Assembly (NCBI GenBank): GCA_046758745.1
Contig: JBHIAV010000001.1
Location: 1 to 64,000, forward strand
Direction of reading: 5' to 3'
Length of the DNA stretch: 64,000 nucleotides
Source of the DNA: Gemmatimonadota bacterium
GTDB taxonomy: Bacteria; Gemmatimonadota; Gemmatimonadetes; Palauibacterales; Palauibacteraceae
Shown one piece after another: positions 19,301-28,982 of this stretch; the stretch's first letter is position 1, and each line of letters opens with the position of its first letter. The translations under genes and the position numbers were made by a program. Below the pieces are notes generated by a model. It made no database searches and was not told the origin of the DNA. It worked only from the letters and a program-made list of their open reading frames with translations.

Positions 19301-20164
19301 ATGCGAGAGATCCTGGACGTTCTGAACTTCTTCGATCTGGGTGTGAAGGATCTCCTCCAGATCCTGCTCGTGGCGTACGCCCTTTACCGTCTTCTTCTGG
19401 CCTACACGGGGACCCGCGCCTTCCAGATCCTGTTCGGCTTCGTCGTCCTCGTGAGCGCCTATGCCCTCGCCCAGCTCTTCGAGTTCAACCTGATCAGCGC
19501 GATCCTGTCGCAGGTGTTCACCTACGGTGCCTTCGCGCTGATCGTGGTCTTCCAGCCGGAGCTGCGCAACGCGCTCGCGCAGCTCGGCCGCAGTCCGCTG
19601 TGGCGGATCTTCGCCAAGTTCGAGGAGAAGGAGATCGCGGGAGAGATCGTCCGGGCGGCGGAGCGGCTGGCCAAGGCGAAGATCGGAGGAATCATCGCGA
19701 TCGAGGGGGACGTAGAGCTGGCGGACTTCGTGGATCGCGGCACGCCGATCGACGCCCAGGTGAGCGCCGAACTGCTCACCACGATCTTCACCCCCTACTC
19801 ACCTCTCCATGATGGGGCGGTCATCATCAAAGGAGACCGGGTGGTCTCGGCCGCGTCCGTGATCCTTCGCCTCTCCGAGTCGCCGATCGTGGATCGCTCG
19901 CTGGGCACCCGCCATCGGGCCGCCCTGGGCCTGTCGGAGGAGACCGACGCGCTCGTGGTCGTGATCTCGGAGGAGACCGGTCAGCTCTCGCTGGCGCACC
20001 GCGGGGAGCTGGAACGCGGGCTGCGGCCCCAGGAGCTCCGGGAGCGCCTGGCGTCGGGCGGCCGGCGGCCCGCTGCCGTGGAGGAAGGGGTCCCCCGCAC
20101 ACGTGGGGCGGCGGAGGCCGCGGAGAAGCGGGCCGTGGTTCCGGCAGGCGAAGCCAAGGGCTGA
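19301..20164 (+). CDS. cdaA: Diadenylate cyclase CdaA (c-di-AMP synthase)
   Basis: Three TM helices, FQPELR, PLHDGA and GTRHRAA catalytic motifs, SEETG. Confidence 0.95.
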   Translation: MREILDVLNFFDLGVKDLLQILLVAYALYRLLLAYTGTRAFQILFGFVVLVSAYALAQLFEFNLISAILSQVFTYGAFALIVVFQPELRNALAQLGRSPLWRIFAKFEEKEIAGEIVRAAERLAKAKIGGIIAIEGDVELADFVDRGTPIDAQVSAELLTTIFTPYSPLHDGAVIIKGDRVVSAASVILRLSESPIVDRSLGTRHRAALGLSEETDALVVVISEETGQLSLAHRGELERGLRPQELRERLASGGRRPAAVEEGVPRTRGAAEAAEKRAVVPAGEAKG

Positions 20165-20178
20165 CCAATCCGCCTTCG

Positions 20179-20207
20179 TTGACGGGGTTCTCGGCCCCAC
20201 GTAACAT
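20179..20207 (+). promoter_or_regulatory. Sigma70 promoter of exbB-exbD-exbD-tonB
   Basis: TTGACG-17 nt-TAACAT. Confidence 0.7.
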
Positions 20208-20261
20208 AAACGCGCCGGCCCGGCGGGGTGGGGCCGACAAGCCAAGCTCGGGGAGAACCGC

Positions 20262-20915
20262 GTGCCAGCCACCGACACCAGCTATCAGCTCCTCACTCTC
20301 TTCCGGGACGGCGGCTTCATGATGTTTCCGCTCGTCCTGTGCTCCCTGATCGCGCTGGGCGTGATCATCGCCAAGGGATGGACGCTGTACGTGGCGCACC
20401 GCGACTCGGCTCGCCTCCTCGAGGAGATCGAGGCTCTCGGTTCGGCCGGCCGGGTGGAGGAAGCCCTCAAGCGGGCGGAGGATACGCGCGGTCCGGTGGC
20501 CGCCATCCTGCTCGCCGGCCTCCTCCGGGTGCTGGAGAGGCATACGGGGAAGGACGTAGAGAAGGCGATCTCCACCACGGGTTCGATCGAGCTCGACTTC
20601 CTCGAGCGCGGCCTCGTGGTGCTGGCCACCGTGGCCAACGTCGCACCCATGCTGGGGTTTCTCGGGACGGTGATCGGGATGATCTCGGCGTTCGCCGCGA
20701 TCGAGGCAGCCGGGCAGGTGGAGCCGTCGCTGGTGGCGAGCGGTATCAAAGTGGCCCTCATCACGACCGCCGCAGGGCTCACGATCGCGATCCCTGTGAA
20801 CGTCGCATACAATTACTTCGTCACTCGTGTGGACATGCTGATCGCCGACATGGAGAAGGGGGCCCAGGCGGTTCTCGACCTCATCTGGCAGATCGAGTCG
20901 GGCCGGGCGGCGTAG
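20262..20915 (+). CDS. exbB: MotA/TolQ/ExbB proton channel protein
   Basis: APMLGFLGTVIGMI, GIKVALITTAAGL. Confidence 0.93.
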   Translation: MPATDTSYQLLTLFRDGGFMMFPLVLCSLIALGVIIAKGWTLYVAHRDSARLLEEIEALGSAGRVEEALKRAEDTRGPVAAILLAGLLRVLERHTGKDVEKAISTTGSIELDFLERGLVVLATVANVAPMLGFLGTVIGMISAFAAIEAAGQVEPSLVASGIKVALITTAAGLTIAIPVNVAYNYFVTRVDMLIADMEKGAQAVLDLIWQIESGRAA

Positions 20916-20972
20916 TGGAGCGGGGGCGCCGGAGGTGGGGCAGACACCCCATGACAGGAGGACGCGCCTAGC

Positions 20973-21395
20973 ATGCCGATCCTGAAGCGGAAAGAGCGGG
21001 TGTCCGACGAGATCCCGACCGCATCGATGGCTGATATCGCCTTCCTTCTCCTCATCTTCTTCCTCACCACCACCGTGTTCAACGAGGAGAAGGGTCTTCC
21101 GATCGTTCTCCCCGAGCAGGCCGAGGAGCAGGAAGTGGCAGCCAAGAACCTCCTCTTCCTGATCGTCCGGCCGGACGGGTCGGTCGTGGTTCGCCGGGGC
21201 GAGAGCGAACAGGAACAGGTGGTCGCATACCGCCAGGTGGAGGGGATCCTGCGGCAGGAGCTGCAGGCGAACCCGAACCTGATTGCGGCCATCAAGACGG
21301 ATCGGAACGCGGCGTATCGCCACATGATCAACGTGCTGGACGAGGTGAAGATGGCGGGGGCGGAGAGGATCAGCCTCCAGGTCCTGGAGGAATAG
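20973..21395 (+). CDS. exbD: Biopolymer transporter ExbD
   Basis: SMADIAFLLLIFF TM helix with conserved Asp. Confidence 0.92.
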   Translation: MPILKRKERVSDEIPTASMADIAFLLLIFFLTTTVFNEEKGLPIVLPEQAEEQEVAAKNLLFLIVRPDGSVVVRRGESEQEQVVAYRQVEGILRQELQANPNLIAAIKTDRNAAYRHMINVLDEVKMAGAERISLQVLEE

Positions 21396-21397
21396 GC

Positions 21398-21850
21398 ATG
21401 GCGCTCGGCGCGGGAGAGGGCGGTTTCAAACGGAAATCGCGTGCAAGCGGGGAGATCCCCTCTTCGTCTCTCGCCGACATCGCGTTTCTCCTGCTGATCT
21501 TCTTCATGGTCACCACCGTATTCCGGAAGGAGCGAAAGCGGGACATCGAATGGGTGACCGCCGAGGCGACGCAGAAGATCGACGAGAAGAGGAAGAACGT
21601 CCTTCACGTCTGGGTCGAGCGAGGCGGCGACGTGTACATCAACGACCAGCTCGTGCCCGGCGAGGAGATCACGAACGTCGTGCGGCCCATCTACGCGCAG
21701 AACCGGCAGCTCGTCGTGGCGATCCGGGGGGACCGGGACGTGCCGTACAACGAGATCAACACCGTCACGACGCAGCTCCAGGCGTCCGGTGCCGTACGGG
21801 TCACCTTCGCGACCCGACTGGAGCAGAGGATGACGCGACCGAGAAGGTAG
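21398..21850 (+). CDS. exbD: Biopolymer transporter ExbD (second copy)
   Basis: SLADIAFLLLIFFMVTT; IRGDRDVPY. Confidence 0.92.
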   Translation: MALGAGEGGFKRKSRASGEIPSSSLADIAFLLLIFFMVTTVFRKERKRDIEWVTAEATQKIDEKRKNVLHVWVERGGDVYINDQLVPGEEITNVVRPIYAQNRQLVVAIRGDRDVPYNEINTVTTQLQASGAVRVTFATRLEQRMTRPRR

Positions 21851-21857
21851 GTGCGAG

Positions 21858-22538
21858 ATGCAGATTGAGGGACACCAGAAGGAGATCCTTCCGGCGACCG
21901 CCGAGACCGCCAACGAGCGGTTCAAGCGGCTCTACTCGAACTGGTCGTACGGGGCGTTGATCTCCGCCACCATCGTGCACTTCGCGTTCATCCAGTTCTT
22001 CCCCAGCATGACTGCGGCGGACATCGGGGTCGTGACGGATGAGATCGAGGCGATCGAGCTCCCGCCCGAGGTGAAGATCCCGCCTCCGCCGGAGCAGATC
22101 GCGCGCCCCGCCACGCCCAAGGTGGCGACCGAGCTGATCGATGAGGACATCACGATCGCTCCGACGACCTTCGAGGACAACCCGGTCGAAAACCTGCCTC
22201 CTCCGCCTCCCGGCTCGAATCCGGAGGATCAGCCGGCGTTCATCGCCCGCGACGTGGAGCCGCGGCTCAAGAACAGGAACGAGATCCAGCGCATCCTGCA
22301 GAGGATGTACCCGTCCATGCTCCGCGAGGCGGGGATCGGGGGAACGGTGATCCTCTGGGTGTTCGTGGACGAGCAGGGGGAGGCGGCGAAGTCGCAGGTG
22401 AACAAGTCGAGCGGGTACCCCGCCCTCGACAACGCGGCCCAGCAGGTCGTCGCCAAGATGGTCTTCTCCCCGGCGCTCAACCGTGACAAGCCGGTGGGGG
22501 TGTGGATCCAGCAGCCGGTCACCTTCAGCGTGAACTGA
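21858..22538 (+). CDS. tonB: Energy transducer TonB
   Basis: TM helix with SxxxH, Pro-rich linker, YP...GTV...SSGYPALD...FSPA TonB-C domain. Confidence 0.92.
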   Translation: MQIEGHQKEILPATAETANERFKRLYSNWSYGALISATIVHFAFIQFFPSMTAADIGVVTDEIEAIELPPEVKIPPPPEQIARPATPKVATELIDEDITIAPTTFEDNPVENLPPPPPGSNPEDQPAFIARDVEPRLKNRNEIQRILQRMYPSMLREAGIGGTVILWVFVDEQGEAAKSQVNKSSGYPALDNAAQQVVAKMVFSPALNRDKPVGVWIQQPVTFSVN

Positions 22539-22584
22539 GCGTAGCGGCCGGCCGCGCGACGGCGCGCGTCCGACGGAACCTCGC

Positions 22585-22622
22585 GCCGCCCGCCCCTCCA
22601 CCGCGGGCGGCTTCACTTTTTT
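22585..22622 (+). terminator. Intrinsic terminator after tonB
   Basis: GCCGCCCGC/GCGGGCGGC stem followed by TTCACTTTTTT. Confidence 0.75.
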
Positions 22623-22685
22623 GGGGGCCGGCTCTCGCCGCCCGTGCGGAGCTCCGGAACGGTCCCGTGGGGCCTTCCGGCTCGT

Positions 22686-22714
22686 TTGCCTGCCTCGTGT
22701 GCTCCCTGTAGACT
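22686..22714 (+). promoter_or_regulatory. Sigma70 promoter just upstream of yggS
   Basis: TTGCCT-17 nt-TAGACT, 8 nt before GTG. Confidence 0.55.
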
Positions 22715-22722
22715 CCCGCACC

Positions 22723-23427
22723 GTGTCCGACACGGAGCTGCGGCGGCGCCTCGACGCCGTGCGCGAGCGGATCGCGAGGGCGGCGGAACGGGCGGGCCGG
22801 GACACCGGGGCGGTCGAGGTCATGGCAGTCACCAAGGGCCACCCGGCGATCACTCTGCGCGACGTCGCTTCCGCCGGCCTGCAGCTGGTCGGCGAGAACC
22901 GGGTTCGGGAGGCGGAGGAGAAGGCGGAGGCGGTCCGCCGCCTGGGGCTGCGCTGGCACATGGTAGGCCACTTGCAGCGGAACAAGGCGCGGCGCGCCGT
23001 GCGCCTGTTCGACGCTGTCGAGTCGGTCGATTCGCTACGCCTGGCTCGCGTGCTCGATGCGGAGTGCGCGCGCCTCGGGAAAGACCGGCTCGAGGTGCTG
23101 GCCCAGGTCAACACTTCGGGGGAGGAGACGAAGGGCGGCTTCTCCGGCCCGGGCGCCCTCGAGGAGATTGCGGCCGCCTGCGAGCTGCCGCGGCTGCACT
23201 TCGCCGGCCTGATGACGATGGCCCCGCTCACGTCGGATGAGGCCGTGCTGCGATCCGTCTTTCGCCGCACGCGCGAGCTTTGCGAGCGATGCTCCGCCGA
23301 GGTGAGCGGCTTCGAGGGCCGAGTGCTCTCCATGGGCATGAGCAACGACTTCGTGATCGCGGTCGAGGAGGGAAGCACCCGCGTGCGCCTCGGCACGGTA
23401 CTGCTGGGAGAGAGGCCGCTACCATGA
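22723..23427 (+). CDS. yggS: YggS family PLP homeostasis protein
   Basis: MAVTKG, GENRVREA, WHMVGHLQRNK, GLMTM, LSMGMSND, GSTRVRLGT. Confidence 0.95.
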   Translation: MSDTELRRRLDAVRERIARAAERAGRDTGAVEVMAVTKGHPAITLRDVASAGLQLVGENRVREAEEKAEAVRRLGLRWHMVGHLQRNKARRAVRLFDAVESVDSLRLARVLDAECARLGKDRLEVLAQVNTSGEETKGGFSGPGALEEIAAACELPRLHFAGLMTMAPLTSDEAVLRSVFRRTRELCERCSAEVSGFEGRVLSMGMSNDFVIAVEEGSTRVRLGTVLLGERPLP

Positions 23428-24044
23428 TCGATCTGACCCCTCTGGATGTCCGCAAGAAGAAAGAGGACTTCCGGCGGACGGTTCGGGGCTACGACCCCTC
23501 GCAGGTGGATGCGTTCCTCGACCTGGTGGCGGACCGCCTGGAAGATCTCGTTCACGAGCATCGGACGCTCACCGAAAAGGTCGCGGTCCAGGAGGAGCGC
23601 CTCACGGCGTACCGCGAGCGGGAGCACGCCCTCAACGAAGCCATGCTCGCCGCGCAGGAGCTTCGAGAGGAAGCCCGCGTCCAGACGGAGCGGGAATCCG
23701 CCCTGAGGCTGCGCGAGGTGGAGGTGGAGGCGGAGGCGGTCCGAGAACGAGCCGAACAGGCGGTACGCCGCTCGGGGGAGAGGCTGGAGGAGCTGCGCGT
23801 CCGGCGCGCCCAGTTCGTGCGCGGGCTTCGCGCCACGCTCGAGCGCTTCATGGAGGAGCTCGCGGTCGAAGAGGAGCGCATCGCCGCCGAGCGGTACGAG
23901 GCGGGACCTGCGGGGGGGCCGGAAGCCGCACCGGCGGCCGGCGATCGGACAGAGGGGCCCTCCGCCACGGCTCCGTCCGGCGGCGCGGCCGATGCCGTTC
24001 CGGCCGCAGAGCCGGCGCAGGCTACCGGAAAGGCGGCCGGGTGA
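23424..24044 (+). CDS. divIVA: DivIVA domain protein
   Basis: LTPLDVRKK..F....RGYD..QVDAFLD, then coiled coil. Confidence 0.9.
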   Translation: MIDLTPLDVRKKKEDFRRTVRGYDPSQVDAFLDLVADRLEDLVHEHRTLTEKVAVQEERLTAYREREHALNEAMLAAQELREEARVQTERESALRLREVEVEAEAVRERAEQAVRRSGERLEELRVRRAQFVRGLRATLERFMEELAVEEERIAAERYEAGPAGGPEAAPAAGDRTEGPSATAPSGGAADAVPAAEPAQATGKAAG

Positions 24045-24871
24045 GGGGGCTCGCCCTTTCCGTGGAGGCGATCCGGCGCTCCGCCGCCGCGGCCCGGGAG
24101 CGAACGGACCGGGTGCCAAGCGTCGGGATCATTCTCGGCACGGGTCTGGCGGCCCTCGCAGAGCAGGTGCGCCCGGATGCGACAATCCCGTACGAGGAGA
24201 TCCCGGATTTCCCCCTCTCCACCGTGGAGACGCACACCGGACGGCTCATCTTGGGCGAGATCGAGGGCGCCGGCGTGGCCGTGATGCAGGGGCGTGTACA
24301 TCGCTACGAGGGATACTCGATGGCGGAGGTCGCCTACCCCGTTCGGGTCCTTCGGGAGCTCGGCGCGGAAACGCTGATCGTGTCGAACGTGAGCGGGGGG
24401 CTGAATCCCCTGTGGGCGCCCGGCGATCTGGTGCTTCTGTCGGACCACATCAACCTGCTCGGAGACAACCCGCTCATCGGACCCAACCTCGACGAGCTGG
24501 GGCCGCGCTTCCCCGACATGTCGGAGCCGTACGACGCGGGGCTGCGGGCGATCGCCCGGGAGGAAGCGCTTCGCCTCGGTCTCTTTCTGCGGGAAGGGGT
24601 ATACGTCGCCGTGGCCGGTCCCAACCTGGAGACGGCCGCGGAGTACCGCATGCTCCGCTCCATCGGTGCGGACCTTGTCGGCATGTCCACCGTGCCCGAG
24701 GTGATCGCGGCGCGCCACGCCGGGATGCGGGTGCTCGGCCTTTCGATCGTCACCGACACCTGCCTGCCGGACGCCCTCGAGCCGGTCGATATCCAGGCGA
24801 TCATCGAGACGGCCGGCCGAGCGGAACCGCGACTCACCGAGCTCGTGCGGGCCGTCGTCTCACGTCTGTGA
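24041..24871 (+). CDS. Purine-nucleoside phosphorylase (trimeric, PNP-I type)
   Basis: ILGTGL, MQGRVHRYEG, GPRFPDM, GPNLET, VGMSTVPE. Confidence 0.93.
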   Translation: MRGLALSVEAIRRSAAAARERTDRVPSVGIILGTGLAALAEQVRPDATIPYEEIPDFPLSTVETHTGRLILGEIEGAGVAVMQGRVHRYEGYSMAEVAYPVRVLRELGAETLIVSNVSGGLNPLWAPGDLVLLSDHINLLGDNPLIGPNLDELGPRFPDMSEPYDAGLRAIAREEALRLGLFLREGVYVAVAGPNLETAAEYRMLRSIGADLVGMSTVPEVIAARHAGMRVLGLSIVTDTCLPDALEPVDIQAIIETAGRAEPRLTELVRAVVSRL

Positions 24872-24878
24872 GGCGACG

Positions 24879-27800
24879 TTGACGTACCGGGAGCTGCCGG
24901 CAGGCGTGACGGCGCTCGAGGAGGAGATCCTCGCGCGCTGGGAGGCCGAGGGGACCTTCCAGGAGAGCCTCGAGCGGCGGAAGGCCTCGCCCGAGTTCGT
25001 CTTCTACGAAGGTCCTCCGACCGCCAACGGCCGGCCCGGCGTTCACCACATCCTCGCGCGCACGATCAAGGACGCGGTCGGGCGCTACCGATCCATGACC
25101 GGGTGGCACGTGACCCGGAAAGCCGGGTGGGACACGCACGGTCTCCCGGTAGAGATCGAGGCGGAGCGGGAGCTCGGCATCTCGGGGAAGCCGGAGATCG
25201 AGCGCCTAGGCATCGAGGAGTTCAACCGGGTGTGCCGGGAGAGCGTCTTCACCTACCAGAGCGAGTGGGAGCGTCTCTCTCGCCGCATCGGCTACTGGCT
25301 CGAGCTTGCCGATCCCTACATCACCTGCTCGACGGAGTACATCGAGTCGGTGTGGTGGGCGCTTCAGGAAATCGACCGACGGGGGCTCCTGTACCGCGGC
25401 TACAAATCGCTTCCCTACTGCCCGCGCTGCGGGACGGGGTTGTCCAGCCACGAGGTGGCTCTGGGGTACGCGGAGGTGAGCGACCCGTCCCTGTACGTGC
25501 GCTTTCCGATCCGGGGGGAAGAGGCCCGCTATCTGATGGTGTGGACGACGACGCCGTGGACGCTCGTTTCCAACGTTGCCGTGGCGTTCGGCCCGCACCT
25601 GCGCTACGTCGAGATCGAAGAGGACGAGCGGCGCACCATCATGAGCGCGAGCCGCGCCGCCGCCCTCCTGGGAGAGGAAGCGAGGGTCGTCCGCGAAGTG
25701 CCGACCGAGGAGATGGCCTCCCTCCGCTACGTGCGGCCCCTCGACCTCGTCCCGGACTACCCCGAGGAGACGGGACCGGTGCTGCCGGCGGGCTTCGTCA
25801 GTGACGAGGACGGCACCGGGCTCGTCCACATCGCGCCGGGGTTCGGGGCGGACGATTTCGATCTCGGCCGCCGGCACGACCTCCCGGTCGTCAGGCCCGT
25901 GGATGACGCGGGCCGATTCGAGCCGGATGTCTCCGAGGTCGGCGGGATGTTCGTCAAAGATGCCGATCCGCTCCTCATCGAGCGGCTCCGGGCCGGCGGT
26001 CTGGTGTTCCGCGCGGGGGAGCACCGGCATAGCTACCCGCACTGCTGGCGGTGCGACAGCCCCCTCCTGTACATGGCACGCGACTCCTGGTACGTGCGGA
26101 CGACCGAGGTGCGGGAGAAGCTCCTCGAGCACAACGCCAGGGTCGACTGGCACCCGCCGGAGATCGGCTCCGGCCGCATGGGGGAGTGGCTGGCCAACAA
26201 CGTCGATTGGTCGATCTCGCGAGACCGCTACTGGGGCACCCCGCTCCCCTTCTGGGTGTGTGACGCCGACGAGTCCCATCGGGAGGTGCTGGGCTCCGTG
26301 GCGGAGATCCGTGAGCGCGCGGGCGACCTCCCTCCGGGCTTCGACCCGCACCGTCCCTTCATCGATGAGATCACGTGGACATGCGCGACGAAGGGGTGCG
26401 GCGGTGTCATGCGAAGGGTGCCGGAAGTGCTGGACGCGTGGTTCGATTCCGGCGCGATGCCCTTCGCCCAGTGGCACTATCCGTTCGAGAATGAGGAGCG
26501 TTTCGGCTCCCATTTCCCGGCGCACTTCATCGCGGAGGGGGTCGATCAGACCAGGGGCTGGTTCTACTCGCTGCTCGCGCTCTCCACCATCCTCTTCGAC
26601 CGGTCCGCATATCGGGCCGTGGTGGTGAACGACCTCATCATGGACGAGGTCGGGCAGAAGATGTCGAAATCGCGGGGGAACGTTGTCGACCCGTGGGAGG
26701 CGATCTCCGAGCACGGGGCGGATGCGATCCGCTTCTACCTCCTTTCCGCGAGCCACCCGTGGATTCCGAAGCGGTGGAACCCCGAAGGTCTCAGGGAGAC
26801 GAATCGGAAGCTTTTCGACACGCTTCGCCACACGTACCACTTCTTCGCGATGTACGCGCGTCTCGAGGGGTGGAGGCATGAGAGGGACGGGGCGGTGCCG
26901 GTGGCGGAGAGAGAGCCGATCGACCGCTGGCTTCTCGGTCGTCTCGACTCGGTGACGGAGGGAGTGCGCGGTGACCTGGAGGCATACGACGTTACGCGGG
27001 CGTGCCGTCGCCTTTCCGGGTTCGTGCTCCACGACATGTCCAATTGGTACGTGCGCCGCACCCGGGACCGGTTCTGGGCGACGCGGCCCGGGGCGTCGGC
27101 CGCGCTGGGCACACAGGAGGCCTTCGCCACCCTGTACGAGGCGCTGCGCACCTGCTCGCTGCTCCTGGCCCCCATCGCCCCCTTCCTCGCCGACTGGCTG
27201 CACAGAGAGCTGGCGGGGGTGTCCGCTCACCTGGCCGACTTTCCCCGCGGTCAGGGCCGGGAGGATCCCGAGCTGGATCGTGGAATGGCCGATGTGCGCC
27301 GGCTCGTCACGCTCGGGCGGGCCGCCCGTGAGCAGGCAGGCGTGCGGGTCCGGCAGCCGCTCCGGTCCCTGAAAGCGGTCGTGCCGGCTGGTAGGCGGCT
27401 GCCGGATGCGCTGATCCCCATCCTCATGCACGAACTGAACGTGAAGAGGGTTGTATTCGCGTCGGAGAGCGACGAGATTGTACGGCTGTCTGTGAAGCCC
27501 GACTACGCGCGGCTCGGGCCTCGTTTCGGAGGGCGGACGCGGGCCGTGGCGCGGGCCGTCGGGCAGCTCGATGCTGCAGCGGCCCGGCGTTTGCGGGGTG
27601 GAGAGACGATTCGGCTCTCGGCGGAGGGCGAGGAGATCGAGCTTCAGCCCGCCGACGTTCTGGTCGTGGAGGAGCCGGTCGGCGGCCTGGCAGTCCAGGC
27701 GAGCGACGGGTACCTGGTGGCGCTCGATCGCACCCTGGACGAGGAGCTCCTCGCCGAGGGGATGGCACGCGAGCTCGTGAACCGGGTACAGCGGCTCCGA

Positions 27801-28031
27801 CGTGATGCGGGACTCGCGGTGAGCGACCGGGTGAGTCTGGGGATCGCTGGCGACGGGGAGGTGGAGCGAGCCGCGCGGCGCTACCGGGAATACATCGCCG
27901 GGGAGACCCTCGCCGTGCGGCTCGAACTCGGGAGCTCGAGGGTCGGAAGGCTCGACCACACCTGCGAGGTGGAGGTCGGGGGACATCGAGCACGGCTCGG
28001 CTTGAGTCGCGTCACGGCCGATGCCGGTTGA
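24879..28031 (+). CDS. ileS: Isoleucine-tRNA ligase, type 2 (IleRS2)
   Basis: FYEGPPTANG, GWDTHGLPVE, WTTTPWTL, DQTRGWFY, KMSKS; IleRS2-type C-terminus EGMARELVNRVQ. Confidence 0.97.
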   Translation: MTYRELPAGVTALEEEILARWEAEGTFQESLERRKASPEFVFYEGPPTANGRPGVHHILARTIKDAVGRYRSMTGWHVTRKAGWDTHGLPVEIEAERELGISGKPEIERLGIEEFNRVCRESVFTYQSEWERLSRRIGYWLELADPYITCSTEYIESVWWALQEIDRRGLLYRGYKSLPYCPRCGTGLSSHEVALGYAEVSDPSLYVRFPIRGEEARYLMVWTTTPWTLVSNVAVAFGPHLRYVEIEEDERRTIMSASRAAALLGEEARVVREVPTEEMASLRYVRPLDLVPDYPEETGPVLPAGFVSDEDGTGLVHIAPGFGADDFDLGRRHDLPVVRPVDDAGRFEPDVSEVGGMFVKDADPLLIERLRAGGLVFRAGEHRHSYPHCWRCDSPLLYMARDSWYVRTTEVREKLLEHNARVDWHPPEIGSGRMGEWLANNVDWSISRDRYWGTPLPFWVCDADESHREVLGSVAEIRERAGDLPPGFDPHRPFIDEITWTCATKGCGGVMRRVPEVLDAWFDSGAMPFAQWHYPFENEERFGSHFPAHFIAEGVDQTRGWFYSLLALSTILFDRSAYRAVVVNDLIMDEVGQKMSKSRGNVVDPWEAISEHGADAIRFYLLSASHPWIPKRWNPEGLRETNRKLFDTLRHTYHFFAMYARLEGWRHERDGAVPVAEREPIDRWLLGRLDSVTEGVRGDLEAYDVTRACRRLSGFVLHDMSNWYVRRTRDRFWATRPGASAALGTQEAFATLYEALRTCSLLLAPIAPFLADWLHRELAGVSAHLADFPRGQGREDPELDRGMADVRRLVTLGRAAREQAGVRVRQPLRSLKAVVPAGRRLPDALIPILMHELNVKRVVFASESDEIVRLSVKPDYARLGPRFGGRTRAVARAVGQLDAAAARRLRGGETIRLSAEGEEIELQPADVLVVEEPVGGLAVQASDGYLVALDRTLDEELLAEGMARELVNRVQRLRRDAGLAVSDRVSLGIAGDGEVERAARRYREYIAGETLAVRLELGSSRVGRLDHTCEVEVGGHRARLGLSRVTADAG

Positions 28032-28060
28032 TCATACAGAACCCATCTCGGAGCACCCGA

Positions 28061-28444
28061 ATGAAGAAAAAGGACCTCAAGCACTTTGAGGAGAGACTGC
28101 TGCACGAGCGGGCCCGAGCGCTGAAGGAGCTCGGCTACTACGACGAGTCGTTCGCCAACACTCCCCAAGCCTCCGACGGCGACCTCTCGGCCTACAGCTT
28201 CCACATGGCCGATCAAGGAACGGACGCCATGGAGCGGGAGAAGGCGTTTCTTTTTGCGAGCAAAGAGGGTCGAATCCTGTATCATATCGACGAGGCGTTG
28301 CGCCGCCTCTATCGGACGCCCGAGAAGTACGGGATCTGCGAGGAGTGTGGGGGGAAGATCGGTTTCGAGCGCCTCGACGCGCTGCCGCATGCGCGCCTCT
28401 GCATACGCTGCAAGGAGCGAGAGGAGACGGGTGTCTCCCGGTGA
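28061..28444 (+). CDS. TraR/DksA C4-type zinc-finger protein
   Basis: HMADQGTD, IDEALRR, YGICEECG...RLDALP.ARLCIRC. Confidence 0.9.
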   Translation: MKKKDLKHFEERLLHERARALKELGYYDESFANTPQASDGDLSAYSFHMADQGTDAMEREKAFLFASKEGRILYHIDEALRRLYRTPEKYGICEECGGKIGFERLDALPHARLCIRCKEREETGVSR

Positions 28445-28982
28445 GGGCGAGGCAGCGCTCGAGCTGAGCGCGGAGCGGCCGCTCGTCAGCAAGGTGGCCC
28501 TCCTGCTGGTCGTGGTGGGCGTAGTCTTGGCCCTCGATGTGACCACCAAGCTGTGGATCGTGCAGAACTTCGCCCCCCACGAATCCGAGCCGGTGCTGGG
28601 GGACTTCTTCCGCCTCACGTACACCCACAATCGGGGTGCCGCTTTCGGCATCAACGTAGGCGAGCACTCGCGCGTCTTCTTCCTCACGCTCTCGCTGGTC
28701 GCGCTGGGAGTCTTGGCCATCATCTACCGTGCCACGCCGGCCTGGGACCGTCTTCGCCTGTTCGGGGTGGCGCTGGTCAGCGCTGGAGCGGTCGGCAACA
28801 TCCTCGACCGCCTTCGCTACGAGGCGGGCGTGGTCGACTTCCTGGACGTGGGTATCGGCAGCAACCGCTGGCCCGTCTTCAATGTCGCGGACATGGCCGT
28901 CAGTATCGGCGCGATCCTCCTTCTCACCTCCTTTTACGTCGAGGAGCGGGTGGCGCGTGGCGACAGAAGACGGGAGGAATGA
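28431..28982 (+). CDS. lspA: Lipoprotein signal peptidase II
   Basis: LDVTTK, NRGAAFG, GAVGNILDR, VVDFL, FNVAD. Confidence 0.95.
   Translation: MSPGEGEAALELSAERPLVSKVALLLVVVGVVLALDVTTKLWIVQNFAPHESEPVLGDFFRLTYTHNRGAAFGINVGEHSRVFFLTLSLVALGVLAIIYRATPAWDRLRLFGVALVSAGAVGNILDRLRYEAGVVDFLDVGIGSNRWPVFNVADMAVSIGAILLLTSFYVEERVARGDRRREE

Noticed and set aside
25206..27986. Long antisense and alternative-frame ORFs (e.g. 926 aa opposite ileS, 46103-49162, 21801-24119)
   Set aside because: Shadow ORFs expected at high GC; they overlap clearly identified genes and show no domains
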